From an uncultured Acidobacteriota bacterium (GTDB taxonomy: Bacteria > Acidobacteriota > UBA6911): a stretch of DNA of 64,000 nt. The position numbers were made by a program, and so were the translations under genes. The stretch spans positions 4,922 through 68,921 of the forward strand of contig CAYZTZ010000005.1 in the NCBI GenBank assembly GCA_964481255.1. The letters are read 5' to 3'. Under the pieces are notes generated by a model. The model was not told the origin of the DNA and did not search any database. It saw only the letters and a list, made by a program, of their open reading frames with translations. The number at the start of each line of letters is the position of its first letter. Within the stretch, counting starts at the first letter, position 1. Shown here piece by piece: positions 16,263-25,759 of the stretch.

Positions 16263-17357
16263 ATGGAAGCCGTGAACCTGGTCGGGGCGTGTCTGGAGGA
16301 GATCGAGGAGGCGGTGCGCCGCCTGGGGGAGCCCGTCTACCGGGCGCGCCAGATTTACGCCGGCATCTACCGGCGGAGGCTCCGCCGCTGGGACGAGTTC
16401 TCCGATCTTGGGAAAGAGTTCCGCCGGAAACTTGCCGGGCGGTTCGTCCTGGAATACCCTCCCGTGCGCAAGGTCTTCGTCTCGCGGGACGGAACGCGCC
16501 GCTATCTGTTCGAGATCGACGGCGGACATAAGATCGAATCGGTTTTCATACCCGAAGAAAGGCGCGACACGGTCTGCGTCTCCACGCAGGTCGGATGCGC
16601 GGTCGGCTGCCTTTTCTGCGCGACCGGCAGGCTGCCCCTGAGGCGCAATCTGTCCGCAGGCGAGATTGTGGGACAGGTTCTGTCCCTGTCGGCGGACAGG
16701 GGGTCGGCCGCCCGGCGCCTGAACATCGTGATGATGGGAATGGGCGAGCCGCTCTACAACTACGACAACGTGATGAGGGCGATACGCCTGATGACGGACT
16801 CCCGCGGCATGTCCGTCTCGCCGCGGCGCGTGACCCTGTCCACTTCGGGCGTTGTCCCCGGCATCCGGAAGCTTTCGATGGAGCCCGTGATCCCCAACCT
16901 TGCCATTTCACTCAACGCCGCAACCGATGAGGTGCGCGACCGGATCATGCCGATCAATAAAAGGTGGAACCTCGAGGCCTTGCTGGACGCCTGCCGCGCC
17001 TTCCCTATGGACCGGAGACGGCGCATCACCTTCGAATATGTTCTGATAGAAGCAATCAACGATACGCCGGAGGACGCCCGGCGGCTGGCCAGCCTTCTGC
17101 GCGGGCTGAAGAAGAAGATCAACCTGATCCCGCTGAACCCGGACCCCTGGATCTCGCTGAAAACGCCGGATCCGGAACGGGTGCTGGAGTTCGAGAAGAT
17201 CCTCGCGTCGCAACACATTACCGTCAGCATCCGCCGTCCGCGCGGCGACGACATCTCGGCTGCGTGCGGGACACTGGCGGGCCGGGAGGCGGCTCAAGGC
17301 GAAAGCCTGCCGATGACGGCCATCATCCGTCCCGAGCGCTCCCCCTCCGCGCGATAG
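16263..17357 (+). CDS. rlmN: 23S rRNA / tRNA (adenine-C2)-methyltransferase RlmN
   Basis: Radical-SAM CAVGCLFCATG, MGMGEPL and C-terminal DDISAACGTL. ATG at 16263 (MEAVNL) is in frame with track ORF 15648..17357. Confidence 0.9.
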   Translation: MEAVNLVGACLEEIEEAVRRLGEPVYRARQIYAGIYRRRLRRWDEFSDLGKEFRRKLAGRFVLEYPPVRKVFVSRDGTRRYLFEIDGGHKIESVFIPEERRDTVCVSTQVGCAVGCLFCATGRLPLRRNLSAGEIVGQVLSLSADRGSAARRLNIVMMGMGEPLYNYDNVMRAIRLMTDSRGMSVSPRRVTLSTSGVVPGIRKLSMEPVIPNLAISLNAATDEVRDRIMPINKRWNLEALLDACRAFPMDRRRRITFEYVLIEAINDTPEDARRLASLLRGLKKKINLIPLNPDPWISLKTPDPERVLEFEKILASQHITVSIRRPRGDDISAACGTLAGREAAQGESLPMTAIIRPERSPSAR

Positions 17358-18103
17358 GAAAAGAACTCCTGCGGATTGCACCGCGTGCACAGGCCCAGAT
17401 CGTGCCGGTGCTGCGGGGCGACGCCGGAATCGTCCAGATCCCTCTCGAGCGCTCCGCCGAGGTCCAGCAGGTATTTCCCGGGGGCCGCCGCGGGACGGCT
17501 CAGGCGGCATCCCGGGAACTCTTTCTCGAAGAGTTCGGCCACTTCGGGCCCGACCTCGCAGCAACAGGCCCTTATTCCCGGACCCACGGCGACGAGCAGA
17601 TTCGACGGATCCGCGCCGAAAGTTCTCTGCATTTCCCGCACGGCCTCGCGGAGAACCCGGGCCAGAGTCCCCCTCCAGCCGGCGTGAACCGCCGCTATCG
17701 CCCTGGTCGCCGGATCCGCGATCAGGACCGGCAGACAATCGGCGACCTGCACCGCCAGGGCTATGCCGGGCAGACGGCAGATCAGGGCGTCGCCTTCCGG
17801 CGGGTTCCATTCCGCGGGCCTATCCTTTATGATATGGACACGATTGGAATGAACCTGACGCAAGACGGCAAGATGCGCCTCCATGAGACGGAGCGCGCGC
17901 AGGAAGCGGCGCCGGTTCGCATCGACCCGTTCCGGCGGGTCCCAGGACACATAGCCGAGGTTCAGGGAACTCCCGGCGGCGTCGGGCGTTCCGCCCCGGC
18001 GGGTCGAGAAGCCATGACAAAGGTTCGGCAGCTCTTCCAGCGCCCGGCAGCTGTAATACGCCGTCTCTCCTGCTTGGCGAAGAACGAACGCACCGTTTCG
18101 CAT
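17294..18103 (-). CDS. pgeF: Peptidoglycan editing factor PgeF (YfiH / DUF152 laccase-domain protein)
   Basis: QVHSNRVH, ADCLPVL, HAGWRG and CTRCNPQEFFSYR blocks. The 3' end overlaps the rlmN 3' end convergently by 64 nt. Confidence 0.85.
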   Translation of the reverse strand: MRNGAFVLRQAGETAYYSCRALEELPNLCHGFSTRRGGTPDAAGSSLNLGYVSWDPPERVDANRRRFLRALRLMEAHLAVLRQVHSNRVHIIKDRPAEWNPPEGDALICRLPGIALAVQVADCLPVLIADPATRAIAAVHAGWRGTLARVLREAVREMQRTFGADPSNLLVAVGPGIRACCCEVGPEVAELFEKEFPGCRLSRPAAAPGKYLLDLGGALERDLDDSGVAPQHRHDLGLCTRCNPQEFFSYRAEGERSGRMMAVIGRLSP

Positions 18104-18159
18104 AAATGGAATATTGAAAAGTCGCGCCGCCTTCTGTCAACCTGCTTTCGGAGCCTCCA

Positions 18160-18537
18160 ATGATCATCGGCACGGGCATTGATGTGGTGGATATCGCGCG
18201 GTTCCGCAGCGTCATGGACAGGCTGAAGGACCGTTTCGTCTTGAAGGTTTTCGCGCCCGCGGAAAGAGACTTCTGCCTCGGCCACCGGGACCCGGTTCCG
18301 CATTTCGCGGCGCGTTTCGCGGCGAAAGAGGCCCTGTTCAAGGCTCTCGGCACCGGCTGGACCCAGGGGGTGACCTGGCTGGACGCGGAAGTTCGCAGGG
18401 AAAGGGCCGGGGCTCCGGTTCTTTTGCTGCACGGGGAGGCGGAAAGACTCAGCCTGGGCAAGGGAACCACCCGGGTGCACCTCAGCCTTTCGCACACCAG
18501 CCAGTGGGCCGTCGCAACGGTAATTCTGGAGAAGTAG
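18160..18537 (+). CDS. acpS: Holo-[acyl-carrier-protein] synthase
   Basis: MIIGTGIDVVDIARF, FAAKEALFKALG and SLSHT blocks; 125 aa. Confidence 0.9.
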   Translation: MIIGTGIDVVDIARFRSVMDRLKDRFVLKVFAPAERDFCLGHRDPVPHFAARFAAKEALFKALGTGWTQGVTWLDAEVRRERAGAPVLLLHGEAERLSLGKGTTRVHLSLSHTSQWAVATVILEK

Positions 18538-18864
18538 TCTTGGCCGGGGACGCCGTCTTTTGCGGGAGCCTGCCCTCCCGCTCCTCGCCGCCGCCCTTGC
18601 CCGGGGAGGCCGGGACCTCCGCACGGAACATGGCGGCGCCGGATCCGCGGGCCGGCGGAAGCGGCGACGCCCCCGCGAGTGTTTGGATTGAAACTTGCTG
18701 ATTTTCGGATAAGCTATCCACTCAGGGAGTCCGGGGGCTAGATCCGCCGAAGCCCGAAAGATCCCTCGGCCCGATAGATTCGCACGGGGAGCTTCCGGGA
18801 TCGAAGAGGGCGCGGTTCTCCCGAGGGCGGTCTTTCGCGGGCTTTGGATCATTCGAGAGTCCTT

Positions 18865-19917
18865 ATGGCAAAACCTCACAGGAAATCCGTGCTTGCAGGG
18901 GCGGCCGTCGCTCTGTTTCTCTTCATGGGATGGGCGGACGCGAAAACGCGCATGGCGGAGTTTACGGCTTTTTCCCTGTCCATAGCGGAGGACCAGGGCG
19001 CCGGTGAATTCGAGAGTTTGCTCCAGGCGCTTCAGGGAAGCGACTCCTATGAGAGACATCGCGCCGCGATCGGCCTCGGGAGATCCGGAAACCCCAGGGC
19101 CGTGGATCCGCTCATCCGAGCTCTCGCCGACCAGGATCCTTTCGTTCGCAGTTTCGCGGCGACGGCCCTGGGGAATCTCGGAGACCGCAGGGCGGTGCCG
19201 TCTCTTATAAAGGCGCTGGCCGACCGGGAGATGATCGTGCGGCGCGCCGCCGTCGCGGCGCTGGGCGGCCTTAAAGATAAGGACGCCGTCGAGCCGCTGA
19301 TTCAGAAACTGGACGATGAAAGCCCCCTGGTGCAGCGCGCCGCGGCGGAGGCTCTGGGCGACCTTGGAGACCCGAGGGCGGTGCCTGCTCTTCTGAAGGC
19401 CTTGAAGAGCGGCGATATTTACATCAGGAACGGCGCTTCGCTCGCGCTTGCCAGAATCGGCGAAGCGGGAATCCCCAAGCTCGTGGAAGCGCTCGCAGAC
19501 TGGACGGCGGGCCCCGGAGCCGCGGATGCTTTGAAAAGCCTGAAATGGCAGCCTGCCTCCCAGGAAGAGAGAGTCCGGTTCGATGTCGCCGGGAGAGACA
19601 TCCGGGCCCTGCTGCAGACTTGGGACGCTGCCCGGAAAGTGCTGCTGTCCGACGCCGAGAGCGGCGAGGAACGGCGGGCCGAAAATGCCGTTTATGCCCT
19701 TATCGGAATCGGGCAGGAGGAAACCCTGGACGCGCTGGAAAGGATCCTGCAGGCAAAAGGCTCCGTGAAAATCGCGGCGGCGTTTCTTCAATCCGGCAAC
19801 GAACGCCTGTCGAAAGCCGCGGAGGCCTGGGCGAAGGAACAGGGAAAGGAAATCAAGCCCGAAAGCAACCCCGAACGGGTCCTCTGGGCGGGCTGGAAAA
19901 CTTCCGCGGGATCTTAG
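18865..19917 (+). CDS. HEAT-repeat (PBS-lyase-type) protein with N-terminal signal/anchor
   Basis: Reiterated ~31-aa units R..AA.ALG..GD.RAV.PLI.AL.D. ATG at 18865 is preferred over TTG at 18844. Confidence 0.7.
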   Translation: MAKPHRKSVLAGAAVALFLFMGWADAKTRMAEFTAFSLSIAEDQGAGEFESLLQALQGSDSYERHRAAIGLGRSGNPRAVDPLIRALADQDPFVRSFAATALGNLGDRRAVPSLIKALADREMIVRRAAVAALGGLKDKDAVEPLIQKLDDESPLVQRAAAEALGDLGDPRAVPALLKALKSGDIYIRNGASLALARIGEAGIPKLVEALADWTAGPGAADALKSLKWQPASQEERVRFDVAGRDIRALLQTWDAARKVLLSDAESGEERRAENAVYALIGIGQEETLDALERILQAKGSVKIAAAFLQSGNERLSKAAEAWAKEQGKEIKPESNPERVLWAGWKTSAGS

Positions 19918-19947
19918 GGAGGGCCGCGAAAGCCCCTGCGATGCCGT

Positions 19948-21282
19948 TTAATCCCCTGCCTTCGGCGGCGTCGGTTTTTCACCCCCTGCGGACCGGATCA
20001 CCAGATCAAAAGGTTTGCTGGCCTCGCCGAAATAGACGCTGACGTGCGGGAAAGGGATCTCGATTCCCCGGCTGTCGAAGGTGTTTTTGATGCGGCGGCG
20101 CAGCTCGCGCCCCACCATCCATTGCTTTTGAGGCGCCGTCTTGATACGGATCTTGATGGTCACCCGGGAATCGCCGAAGTCGTCGATTCCCATAATCTCC
20201 AGAGGCGCCAGAATATGCGGGCTGAAATCCGCATCCCCGGCAAGCTCCTCTCCAATGGACCGCAACACTTCCATGACCCCGTCTACGTTCTCCTTATATG
20301 CGACCGCGACATTGATGAGGGCATAGGAGAAATCCTTTGTCAAATTGGATACCTGTTTGATTTCACCGTTGGGGAAAATGTGAACCACGCCTTCCAGGTC
20401 GCGCAAGACCGTCGTCCGCAGCTTGATGGCTTCCACAAGCCCTCCGACTCCATTGATTCTTACGACGTCGCCCACCCGGAGCTGGTCTTCCAGGATCAGG
20501 AAGAATCCGCTGATGACGTCGCGCACGAGGTTTTGGGCCCCAAATCCGACGGCCAGTCCGGCGATGCCGGCGCCGGTTATGATCGGCATGATATTCATGC
20601 CGAATTCGCTGAGGATCATCATGACGGCGACGCCGATTATCAGAACAAATCCAACGCTGTTGATGATCTTCCCCAGAGTCTTCGCCCGCTTCTCGGCTTC
20701 GGACAGGCTTGTCTGATCCTCGTCCTCGACAAGGTGCTCCATGTGAGCGACCGCCAGTTTGAGGATTTTCAGCAGCACCAGCGCGCCCACCACAATGCCG
20801 ACGATGCGGACAATCCGTATCCCTTCGCCTGTCAGGTCGATGTGGAGGACCTTCAGAATCAGAGCCGCCGCAAACAGCGCCAAAAAGACGTTGGAGAGCG
20901 TCCGCAGCGGCGATAGAAATCGCTGAAGGTTCTCCCGGCGGGTTTGAAGGATTCCGAGAATGGACGATATCAGCTTCGCCGAATAGAGGGTCGTCAGAAG
21001 GACGGCGGCGGCAATAATGCCCTTCCGGATACCCCGGACAGCGCCGGCAGGAACGGGCAGCAGGGAGCTGAGGAAATACAAAACGGCCGCCAGAAGCAGC
21101 GGTGTCACCAGGCTTTCCAGATAGCCGATGAACCGATCGTCAATCCGGCTTTCGGTGCGCTTCGCCCATTTCCGCAGGTAAAAGTGGATCACAATCTTGA
21201 CCATTCCGCCTGCGGTCAGCGCGACAACGGGATAGACCACATACCGGGCCTCAAATCCGAACAGTTCCGTGAGTCTTTCCAT
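19948..21282 (-). CDS. MscS-family mechanosensitive ion channel
   Basis: Multiple N-terminal TM helices, pore-helix region GIAGLAVGFGAQNLVRDVISGFFLILEDQLRVGDVV and a C-terminal beta domain. Confidence 0.85.
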   Translation of the reverse strand: MERLTELFGFEARYVVYPVVALTAGGMVKIVIHFYLRKWAKRTESRIDDRFIGYLESLVTPLLLAAVLYFLSSLLPVPAGAVRGIRKGIIAAAVLLTTLYSAKLISSILGILQTRRENLQRFLSPLRTLSNVFLALFAAALILKVLHIDLTGEGIRIVRIVGIVVGALVLLKILKLAVAHMEHLVEDEDQTSLSEAEKRAKTLGKIINSVGFVLIIGVAVMMILSEFGMNIMPIITGAGIAGLAVGFGAQNLVRDVISGFFLILEDQLRVGDVVRINGVGGLVEAIKLRTTVLRDLEGVVHIFPNGEIKQVSNLTKDFSYALINVAVAYKENVDGVMEVLRSIGEELAGDADFSPHILAPLEIMGIDDFGDSRVTIKIRIKTAPQKQWMVGRELRRRIKNTFDSRGIEIPFPHVSVYFGEASKPFDLVIRSAGGEKPTPPKAGD

Positions 21283-21496
21283 CCTTTCTCCTTTATCCGG
21301 AAAAGAGAGTATGACGTTGCTGCAATCCTGGCAACAGGTTTAATCTCGCAGGACCTCCTCAGGACGGCGTCCTGCACCCAAGCCCAGGCCCGGCGAATGC
21401 TCCCACCGTCTACAGTCTTTTTCCCCGCAGAATCCCCCTCTCCGGGGATGCCTATAGCCGGCTGCTTTCTGCTAATAAGGGCCGAGGAGGTGCGCC

Positions 21497-22726
21497 ATGT
21501 CCGATTTTTATCAGACGGGAATGGTCGCCACGCTGCATCGCTTGAAACAGGACGGCACCGCCAGGCTGGAGGAAGGGCTGAACGAAATATCGAGACGCAC
21601 GGGAATAGCCCTCGTTCTGCCGGCGCTTTACCGGGAGTTCGAAACGCCTGCCATGGCGCGCATCGTGGAGGAACTGGCCCATGTCCGTTACATCCGCCGC
21701 ATCGTGCTGGCCCTGGGGGGCGCCGACGAGGCGGAATACCGCAAGGCCAAGTCCTTTTTCAAGGGCCTGCGCTGCCCCCTCGCCATCGTCTGGATGAACA
21801 GCGAGCCGATACAGGCTTTGCTGAAGCTTCTGGAGGACACCGGGATCCCGGCGGGCACCGACGGCAAGGGGCGCAGCTGCTGGATGGCCTACGGATATAT
21901 CCTTGCTCAGGGCGATTGCGACATCGTGGCCCTGCACGATTGCGATATCGTGAATTACGACCGGCGATTGCTCGCCCGGCTCGTCTACCCGGTGGCGCAC
22001 CCCAACCTCGGCTTCGAGTTCTGCAAGGGATACTACGCGCGCGTCACGGACCGGATGCACGGACGCGTCACGCGCCTTTTCATGACTCCGTTGATCCGCG
22101 CAATGGAGAACATGGCGCCCTCCGCCCATTTCCTCCGGTTCGTGGACAGCTTCCGCTACCCGCTGGCGGGGGAATTCGCCATGCAGGTCAACCTGGCGCG
22201 TATCAACCGCATCCCGTGGGACTGGGGTCTGGAGGTCGGGGTCCTCGCCGAAGTGTACCGGAACTGCTCCCTGTCGCGCATCTGCCAGGTGGACCTGGCG
22301 GATAACTATGAGCACAAGCACCAGGAGCTGTCCCACGAGGACCCCTCGCGGGGACTGAGGCGCATGGCGTGCGATGTCGCCAAATCGCTCATGCGCACGC
22401 TCGCCGCGGAGGGAGTCATTTTCACGCAGGACCACTTCCGGAGCCTTGAAGTGCGCTACGTGCGCATGGCGGAAGACACCATCGACCGCTACTGCGCGGA
22501 CGCGATGCTCAACGGCCTGGAATTCGACCGACACGCCGAGGAGCTCGCCGTCGCCACCTTCGCCCAGAGCCTCCACCAGGCGGCCCAGGAGTTCATCGAG
22601 AACCCTCTGGGCCTTCCGCTCATGCCCAGCTGGAACCGCGTCCTGGCGGCCGTTCCCGATTTCTTCAACCTCCTGTTCAACGCGGTGGAACCGGCCGCCG
22701 AACCGATCCCCAGGTTCGCCTTCTAA
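21497..22726 (+). CDS. Mannosyl-/glucosyl-3-phosphoglycerate synthase-like glycosyltransferase
   Basis: 409 aa. GKGRSCWMAYGYI and ALHDCDI (DxD) blocks with a layout like MpgS/GpgS-type enzymes. Clustered with an MpgP-like HAD phosphatase. Sugar specificity is not determinable by eye. Confidence 0.65.
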   Translation: MSDFYQTGMVATLHRLKQDGTARLEEGLNEISRRTGIALVLPALYREFETPAMARIVEELAHVRYIRRIVLALGGADEAEYRKAKSFFKGLRCPLAIVWMNSEPIQALLKLLEDTGIPAGTDGKGRSCWMAYGYILAQGDCDIVALHDCDIVNYDRRLLARLVYPVAHPNLGFEFCKGYYARVTDRMHGRVTRLFMTPLIRAMENMAPSAHFLRFVDSFRYPLAGEFAMQVNLARINRIPWDWGLEVGVLAEVYRNCSLSRICQVDLADNYEHKHQELSHEDPSRGLRRMACDVAKSLMRTLAAEGVIFTQDHFRSLEVRYVRMAEDTIDRYCADAMLNGLEFDRHAEELAVATFAQSLHQAAQEFIENPLGLPLMPSWNRVLAAVPDFFNLLFNAVEPAAEPIPRFAF

Positions 22727-22736
22727 GGGTCCGTAT

Positions 22737-24083
22737 ATGAGCGAGGGCTTGTTTTCGCGCGAGGCCGAGAAAGCAACCGAGAAAATCGGCGCCGCCGACA
22801 TCGTGGTCGGCGTCCCGAGTTACAACAACGGCCGAACCATCGGCCATGTGATCGCGGCGGCGCAGGCCGGCCTGGAAAAATATTTTCCGCAGTTCCGGAG
22901 CTTGATCCTCAACTCCGACGGCGGATCCAGCGACAACACGCGGGAAGCCGTCCTGCAGACCGGACTGGACAAGACGCGTCTTCTGCTTTTGACCACGCCC
23001 ATGTACCCCGTGCACAGGCTCTCCTTCCCCTACCACGGAGTCCCGGGCAAGGGGAGCGCGTTCCGGCTGATCTTTCAGATCGCTCAAAGGCTCGGCGCGC
23101 GGGCCTGCGCGGTCGTGGACTCGGATCTGAGGTCGATCACGCCGGAGTGGATCGACCTGCTGCTGAGGCCCGTCCTCCACGCCGATTTCGATTTTGTGGG
23201 GCCCTATTACCACCGGCACAAATACGACGGGACCATTACCAACAGCATCGTGTACCCGCTGACGCGCTCTCTTTACGGACTGCGCCTGCGCCAGCCGATC
23301 GGGGGCGATTTCGGAATCTCCCGTCGGATACTGGAGCGTTATCTCGCCAGAAAGGACTGGGAAACGGACACGGCCCGATTCGGCATCGACATCTGGATGT
23401 CGACCATCGCGATGGCGGAGGGCTATCGGGTCTGTCAGAGCTTCCTCGGAGCCAAGCTGCACGACGCCAAGGATCCCGGCCTTCATCTGAGCGACATGCT
23501 GTATCAGGTCGTGGGCAGCGTGTTCCGGCTCATGCAGGAATACGAGCCGGTATGGAGCGCCGTCACGGGCAGCCGTGAGGTGGATTTGTTCGGTTTCCGA
23601 TACGGAGTCGGCCTGGATCCTATCGAAGTCAACACAGAGCGCATGGTCGCGACGTTCCGGCGCGGCTGCGAGGAGCTGGGCGAAGTCTGGTCCGCGGCCC
23701 TCTCCCCGGAGACCTACGCGGCCGTCCTCAACATCGGATGCCGGAGCTCCGGCGCCGGCGGAACATTCAACATGGACGACGACCTGTGGTCCCGGGCGGT
23801 GCTCGATTTCGCCGTCGCCTATAAACGGCAGCCGGTGGAACGCGGCCATCTTCTGCGCGCTCTCACGCCCCTGTACCTGGCCCGCGTCGCGTCCTTCGTC
23901 CATCAGACGCGGGCCCTCGGCTCCGACGAAGTCGAGGAAAAAATCGAGCGTCTATGCTTGTCTTTCGAGCGGAAAAAACCGGATCTGATCCGGCGCTGGC
24001 GCAAAGAGCCGGATGCCGCGTCGCGGCCGCAGGCCGTCAGGCCTGATCGAGCAGCGGATCCGAAGCGGAGCATGGAGGTTTAA
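22737..24083 (+). CDS. GT-A-fold glycosyltransferase-like protein (second transferase of the glycosyl-glycerate cluster)
   Basis: ADIVVGVPSYNNGRTIGHVIAAAQ...NSDGGSSDNT is a GT2-like nucleotide-sugar binding start, with VVDSDL as a DxD-like motif. ATG 22737 lies 10 nt after the upstream stop. Confidence 0.55.
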   Translation: MSEGLFSREAEKATEKIGAADIVVGVPSYNNGRTIGHVIAAAQAGLEKYFPQFRSLILNSDGGSSDNTREAVLQTGLDKTRLLLLTTPMYPVHRLSFPYHGVPGKGSAFRLIFQIAQRLGARACAVVDSDLRSITPEWIDLLLRPVLHADFDFVGPYYHRHKYDGTITNSIVYPLTRSLYGLRLRQPIGGDFGISRRILERYLARKDWETDTARFGIDIWMSTIAMAEGYRVCQSFLGAKLHDAKDPGLHLSDMLYQVVGSVFRLMQEYEPVWSAVTGSREVDLFGFRYGVGLDPIEVNTERMVATFRRGCEELGEVWSAALSPETYAAVLNIGCRSSGAGGTFNMDDDLWSRAVLDFAVAYKRQPVERGHLLRALTPLYLARVASFVHQTRALGSDEVEEKIERLCLSFERKKPDLIRRWRKEPDAASRPQAVRPDRAADPKRSMEV

Positions 24084-24087
24084 GCTT

Positions 24088-24795
24088 ATGCTGGGTTTCC
24101 TGGAACAGATTTTAAAACAGGCGGTCGAGCGGGTTTCATCCGAGATCATGGCCTACGCGCCCGGTCTGCTGGCCGCTCTATTCATACTCCTGGTCGCCTA
24201 TTTGATCGCCCGGTTGGCGCGCTGGTGCATCGTCAAGATATTCAAGGGAGTAACCCTCGACCGCTTTTTGCGGCTGACGGGGATCACGTCGATGATCGAT
24301 CAGGCGGGCCGCCTGCAGACGACCACCATCGTGGCAAAATCGGTCTACTGGATTATCCTCATCGTGGGGATTCTTCTGGCGCTCGATTCCTTCAACTCCG
24401 ACCTTTCCTCGCGCTTGACCGAAACCCTCGTTCTTCTGTTCCCCAAGCTGCTGGTCGCGGCGGCCATCATCGTCGTCGGGGCCTGGGTCGGCAAATACCT
24501 CGGACGGACCATCCTGATCTGGGCGGTCAATGAAGGGATGCCGTGGCCGCGAAAGCTCGCCGCATTCGTCCGGGCTTTGTTCACTTTCGGGGGAGTGGTG
24601 GCGGCCGCGGATCACCTTAATTTCGCGAAAGATGTCTTCCTGGCGGCCTTTATTCTGGTCGGGGGAGGAATCGTGCTCACGGCCAGTCTCGCTCTGGGTC
24701 TGAGCGCAAGGGAATCCGTCCGCCGCTACCTGCAGGAGGGGAAAGGACGCGCCCAAGAGGATGCCGACGACAAGCCCCTATGGAAGCACCTGTAA
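24088..24795 (+). CDS. Multi-pass membrane protein with repeated conserved-TM-helix units (mechanosensitive-channel-related)
   Basis: Repeated pattern of a hydrophobic helix followed by a basic stretch (LLAALFILLVAYLIARLARWCIVKI; LLVAAAIIVVGAWVGKYLGRTI). ATG lies 4 nt after the upstream stop. Confidence 0.5.
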   Translation: MLGFLEQILKQAVERVSSEIMAYAPGLLAALFILLVAYLIARLARWCIVKIFKGVTLDRFLRLTGITSMIDQAGRLQTTTIVAKSVYWIILIVGILLALDSFNSDLSSRLTETLVLLFPKLLVAAAIIVVGAWVGKYLGRTILIWAVNEGMPWPRKLAAFVRALFTFGGVVAAADHLNFAKDVFLAAFILVGGGIVLTASLALGLSARESVRRYLQEGKGRAQEDADDKPLWKHL

Positions 24796-24805
24796 ACCCG
24801 GGCCC

Positions 24806-25669
24806 CTATCGGCCGCCGGCGTGGAATTCGAACCGCGGGGGCGCCGCCGAATCGCCGTACCGCCGCTCATCCCGAAGACGCCGGAGGACGGTATCCAGGA
24901 CGGCTGCGTTCCAGGCTTCGGGGCCTCCGCCCGAGCACAGGCGCCCGCGCGGGACGGCGGACGCGAGCTGCCCGCTGACGCGGGACTCGAGAAGGAGAGC
25001 CTCGTCCACCAGTCGCAAAAAGCCCGCGTCGTTGAGCCCGTCGCCGAGCCCGACCGTGGTGATACGGCCGAAAGCCCTGCGGTAATAGTGAATCAGAAGG
25101 TTGACGCAGTGCGCCTTGTCGTTGGCTCCCAGGACGTGATAGAAGCGCCCGCCGCGCGTCCAGCGTTTCTTTTGCCTCTCGATCGCCGAAAGGAGACTCG
25201 GCGCGTCTCCGTCCAGAATCTCGAAAGGCTCGTCGTATTCGCGTTGCTTCGCAAGACGGGCGATTTCAGGAGGCATATTGCAGCACAGTGCGACTTCCTC
25301 GGCGCTCATCTGATGAAAACCCTTCACGGCGCACCGGCTTTCATCCGCCGCCAGGCGCAGGCTTTCAACAAGTTCCGGATACCTGCTGCCGAATTCGATC
25401 ACCGCGTATCCGCCCCGGCGCACGGGGGTCTGGATCTCGACGGGAAAATAACCTTCAGGGATATAGAGAGCCCCTCCGTTTTCAACAATAAAGGGATCGC
25501 GGTTGCCGAGACGGCGGCGGACCGCCTCCACCTCGGAGCGGGTCTTGCTGGTGCACAGCACCAGCGGCACGCCCAGCTCCTCGAGGAGCACCAATGCAGG
25601 GACGGCGGCCTTGCAGGAGTAGTCGCCGTCCAGGAGCGTTCCATCAAGATCTGTGATAAAGACCAGCAT
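24806..25669 (-). CDS. HAD-IIB mannosyl-3-phosphoglycerate phosphatase family protein
   Basis: MLVFITDLDGTLL (DxDGT), LCTSKT, and GLGDGLND at the C-terminal end; ~285 aa like MpgP/YedP. Confidence 0.75.
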   Translation of the reverse strand: MLVFITDLDGTLLDGDYSCKAAVPALVLLEELGVPLVLCTSKTRSEVEAVRRRLGNRDPFIVENGGALYIPEGYFPVEIQTPVRRGGYAVIEFGSRYPELVESLRLAADESRCAVKGFHQMSAEEVALCCNMPPEIARLAKQREYDEPFEILDGDAPSLLSAIERQKKRWTRGGRFYHVLGANDKAHCVNLLIHYYRRAFGRITTVGLGDGLNDAGFLRLVDEALLLESRVSGQLASAVPRGRLCSGGGPEAWNAAVLDTVLRRLRDERRYGDSAAPPRFEFHAGGR

Positions 25670-25759
25670 ACGCTTATAATTAAACCAGGCAGCCGTCGAA
25701 TGGTATCCCCTGGATAAGGGAATTTCCGTCAGAAAAGCCTTGAGCCGGGGCGGGACAGC

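Noticed and set aside
17294-17357. 64-nt convergent overlap of the rlmN and pgeF 3' ends as a possible regulatory antisense arrangement
   Set aside because: Both C-terminal tails are poorly conserved extensions, and such overlaps are common in compact GC-rich genomes. No further signal supports regulation.
17962-19791. 609-aa ORF on the minus strand spanning acpS and the HEAT-repeat gene
   Set aside because: It is antisense to two genes with clear motifs. Its translation is R/P/G-rich and motif-free.
22677-23903. 408-aa minus-strand ORF opposite the second glycosyltransferase, and ORF 21452..22801 (-) opposite the first
   Set aside because: They are high-GC shadow ORFs. The plus-strand genes have tight operon spacing and GT-type motifs.
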